Shown here in pieces: positions 60,221-64,000 of a stretch of 64,000 nt of DNA. Source of the stretch: Takakia lepidozioides (Eukaryota > Plantae > Bryophyta). How positions within the stretch are numbered: position 1 is the first letter of the stretch; each line of letters opens with the position of its first letter. The notes beneath the pieces are model-generated. The model had not been told where the DNA came from. It worked only from the letters and a program-made list of their open reading frames with translations, and searched no databases. A program made the translations under genes and the position numbers. The stretch covers positions 39,308,001 through 39,372,000 of the forward strand of contig CM060731.1 in assembly GCA_030704615.1 (NCBI GenBank), read 5' to 3'.

Positions 60221-63200
60221 CTACATAACATCATCAGCTGATACTTCATCATCCGTGTCATAAGCCTGTGATTCAGAGGCATACACATCCATGAAAGCCT
60301 CAACTCTACGCAACCTATCCACGGATTGTCCAACAATAGCTGCTCTTCGGTCAAACAACAGATCATTGGAAAGACCTACATCACGTTGTTGATGTATTGA
60401 ATGCAAAGCTTGGGATTCGACATACGAAGGTAGATAAAACGATGAAAGAGGACTTTGGGGTAGACTATCGTAGATGGTCCGCACAATCCCATCACTGCAT
60501 CACACATACATGTATACTTATGTTAACAAATCAAATGGGAATGGTTTGCTTTGCAAATAATATAGAGATTGCAACAAAGGGAATGGAGGCGAGACATACT
60601 CACTAGGAAGTACTGCCGAGATGAAGACCAAGCTTGCGCGCCACCTTAGGAGCGGGGGGTTCCAACAAACTCACAGGACGTTGAATGGTTGGAGTTACCA
60701 CAGATGAAACCAAAACGGGTTGAGTATTTTGAAGTGCAGAGAGACGTGCTGCATACAACGTCTGGTCCCCCTCAAGACCAAATACGTGACGTCCAGACTC
60801 GCGGGCAGCAATAAATGTAGAACCTGCAGGAAAAAAACATGCAATGATGATATTATATCGGATAACAGTTAATGATCATGAATCAGCTCAGAAGATTTTA
60901 ATTACAAAATGGAGACCAATGCAAACCTGTGCCAGCTGTGAGATCCAAAATGCGGGAGCCAGGAGGTGAGCATGTCTCCAACAACACTTGCATGAAGGCG
61001 GGACTACGGTCTCGCGCACCCCTCCAGGCTTGTTGAGGAGTTTGCATGGGTAGTGCAACATCTGGAATGTGGTTGTAGATGGCATCCAACTCAACAGGGT
61101 CTGCAAGGGGGTCCACAACTTTGCCAGACTCACGCAGTTTGAATAGTCCTCCTTGCTTGGTGAGGACATGGGCGTGGAAGAACATGGTCTGTTAGACGTG
61201 CCATTTCCACAAAAACAGTGCACCCGGATGGTTTAATAATATGTATGAGAGTAGGAAGATGAAACATCAAACAATGAGATATTGAAGAGGGATGATTTTT
61301 ACCTTTCCTGTCTGAGTGTGTAGAGGGGTGGTATTGATGCAAGTATATTTCCTTGATAATACGGAAATAGAGCTGCCCCTGGAGTAAGAAAAGAGCTCCA
61401 ATGCAAAGGAATCATCGGAGCCCTGCAAGAACACCAAGCATCCATTGTCATCCAACAGGTCATTAGCAATGGAGAATGCATACTCCCAATACCGTTTATC
61501 AAAAGCATTTCAGAGGCAGGAGATCCACAATGAACCATTTCAGGGAGGAACCTGTACACCATCCAAACAGCCCTGTACAGGCATTCCTGTTGGGCAGTCC
61601 ACGATGATCATGTCCACAGCCACAGGCACGCTTTTTCCATCCACAACACTAGACCAAGTTCCTGGCAACTGCAAACAACATACAGAAAATGTAGGAGTCA
61701 ATAGCCGGATGATGAGGATATAAAAACATCGAAGAATTCCTTACATTCAAGTTTGTTTGTTGGGGGAAACTCACATTTTTTAAGAACTCCATGAGCTCTT
61801 TCAAGGTCGCATCAGGAGATGTACTTGAGGCCTCCACCATATCAATGAAATGAGTAGGCATGATCTTCATGCGATACATGCTAGGTGCACCACCAGAAAA
61901 TGACACTGCACTGTAAGGATGTTCGCCTGCCTTTGGCTTGTTTCCTCGAGTAGTAGGTGCAGGCACTACAACCAACTGATTTGAAGGATGTGAAGAACTA
62001 CCAATAGGACCAGCAATAGAAGCCACACCTGCATTGACATCCGCACCTTTTCTTTTTCGTGATTTGCGTTTTGGTACACCCACAACGGCAGGGACCACTT
62101 GGGCTACAGCGTCAGCGGCCTGTGTAGCAATCTGTTCTGCATGCTCCAGATCAAGAACAGGGACTTCAGTGGAGATACCCCCTTCATCACTCACTGACTG
62201 CCTGCGAACACATTCCTTATGAAGTCCCATTTCTGCATAGGGGATAGTACCCTTGGGCATATCCAAATACCAACCCCCCCTTCCCGGTGTTCCACACCCC
62301 AATCTTCCTCAATTGCAGGTGTGTACATGGAAGCTTGTTGAGCACCAAACTTCCAGGCCATCAAAACTTGGGCTCAGCCTTAAGTCGATCACTCGGTACA
62401 AGCACAAATCTCATGTACCTAAAATACAAACACATTCAAAGTTATTGTGGAGACAAATATTTATGCAACCTGTTCAACAATTGAACAAGCACATTAAGAA
62501 ACATGTATATCCCAATGTACTAGAAAAATACTTGAAGCATAGACATTTTTGACTTACAAGGTGTATACACTATCCATGTACAATGCAATGGAAAGATGGT
62601 ACCTGAATAAAATCCGTCTCACCACCTTCTCCCCACCTGTTTGTTGTTCCCAATCATTGCCTCTGAATGGCCCCTTTGGCAATGAGAACTCTCTATGAAA
62701 CAACTCATTGAAATGAGTCATCTTCCATGTATCCATGTAGTCTCCCAGACTCTCACTCTCTCCTTCCTCCAAGGCAACATGAAATTGGCCAAGCTGAGTG
62801 GTGTACAAGGCAAACTGAGCCAAGGCAACCTTGCGAAGCTGCCAGAAAATACAGTCAGTTAAATAACTATGTTAATGTGTCATCAACAAAATGAATTAAT
62901 TGCATTGAGAAGATAGTGATTGTATATGTACCTGCCACCAAAAAGTCCTTCTATTCAGCCAAGGATCAAGTGTTGGCCCACTGATAGGCCCGGGTGGAAA
63001 AAAATTACGGTCGTGAAGTGTTTGGTCTCCATTCCATATATGTAGCCATTCCACCTTTTCTTCAGGATCCACCCGGGCGGTAGCAATGTTCACCATTTTC
63101 TCTTGGGTCATTTCCTCTGATCCTGCCTTTACACGTGACCAATGCAGTTTAAGTTCTTGGAGAAACCCCTCTCCAAGGGTTGGATCAGCAATAGGAAGCA

Positions 63201-64000
63201 ACTTCACAAGCTGACTCTTGTGTTGCTCCCTTGCTTTCAATCCAGCCTGTCTCATTGTATCTTCAAGGCCCTCTTGACTCTTTGGCCCCTCAGCAAGTTT
63301 GTAAGCTTCCCCCGCCATGCGTTGGGCCTCAACAATATCATGCTGCCAAAAGAACCAAAACAGTTCATAACATGAACCAGAGGTGAATCTTGTCTATGGA
63401 TGCAAAGAATGAAACTTGGTTAAGACATGATGTTACCTTGTACAAAATCTCTGTCATTGCATGGACTGTCAGGTTATACCAAGTCTTTCCTGCTTTCTTG
63501 ATGCATTCGTCGTATTGCTCTTTCCTCAATACATTCTTCCATTCAGAGACAGGTGTAAGGCCAATCATATTGACCTTGCAAACCAAGTGCACAAATTTGG
63601 ATGTAACATGTGCCCTCTCTGTTGCCCTGCACATATAAAATATGATCATTAGAAAGAAGATGTGTATATGTACATCCATTGAGCAAGAACATGACAACAT
63701 TGAACATGAAAGTAAATGAAGAATAGAAAGAAACTCACACATTCACTCCATCCATGATGGACCTGAGGGAACCACGATTTTCAATGTCCGCATTGAGCAC
63801 CCAACTTGTCACACAGACATGTCTTGACAAGTTGGCCCCATGAACTTCATTGATATAGGGATACCATGCTTGAAGCCTATGATTCCCATCCCAGACATGA
63901 AACATCTTCCCCCGAAGATGATGCAACTTTGGCTTGGACTCAAGATACTTCTCAAACTCATCATTGACTGTTTTCCAATGACTATCCCATGTAGAGATGA
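60221..64000 (-). pseudogene. Intron-containing ParB-like plus beta-class amino (N4C/N6A) DNA methyltransferase-like gene, 5' end beyond the window
   Basis: Exons 63739-64000+, 63437-63626, 62932-63342, 62603-62838, 61745-62418, 61303-61668, 60927-61188, 60604-60823, 60221-60494 with GT-AG introns and matching phases. VWDGNHRL; DMIIVDCPTG; RSPAFMQVLLETCSPPGSRILDLTAGTG|STFIAARESGRHVFGLE. Stops at 61510 and 61540; frameshift and stop near 62300-62365. Confidence 0.75.

Noticed and set aside
60221-64000. Bacterial contamination
   Set aside because: Eight phase-consistent GT-AG introns and contiguity with plant transposons.

Overview
Eukaryotic, intron-containing plant DNA (probably a bryophyte or other early land plant; inferred from the repeat families and PLS-type PPR pieces), dominated by nested transposable elements. 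One intact host gene was found: a 9-exon multi-pass membrane protein (25038-31004, minus strand) with a LINE fragment in its last intron. Left part: a Helitron (RPA-like, OTU, Rep) with an internal inversion of about 2.9 kb, interrupted by a full-length chromodomain Ty3/gypsy element (594-7544, TSD ACATG), followed by hAT, Tourist, SINE and LINE relics. The right part holds two different DNA-methyltransferase-carrying mobile systems. (1) An 11.2-kb Ty3/gypsy element (41741-52906, TSD GAGA) encodes Gag-protease-C5 cytosine MTase (DNMT3-like)-RT-RNase H-integrase-PHD. It has a non-canonical split terminal repeat layout (A...B-A-B) opened at the palindrome GACA-GC-TGTC, no tRNA-Met PBS but a self-complementary priming site, and a TAG-CAA-CCA readthrough-type stop between the MTase and RT. 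(2) A Mutator-like cluster contains a transposase, a Ulp1 protease, opposed TGTAACCC/GGGTTACA arrays and a gene of at least 9 exons fusing a ParB-like domain to a beta-class N4C/N6A MTase-like fold (decayed copy, truncated by the window edge). All family calls come from motif recognition by eye; no searches were run.
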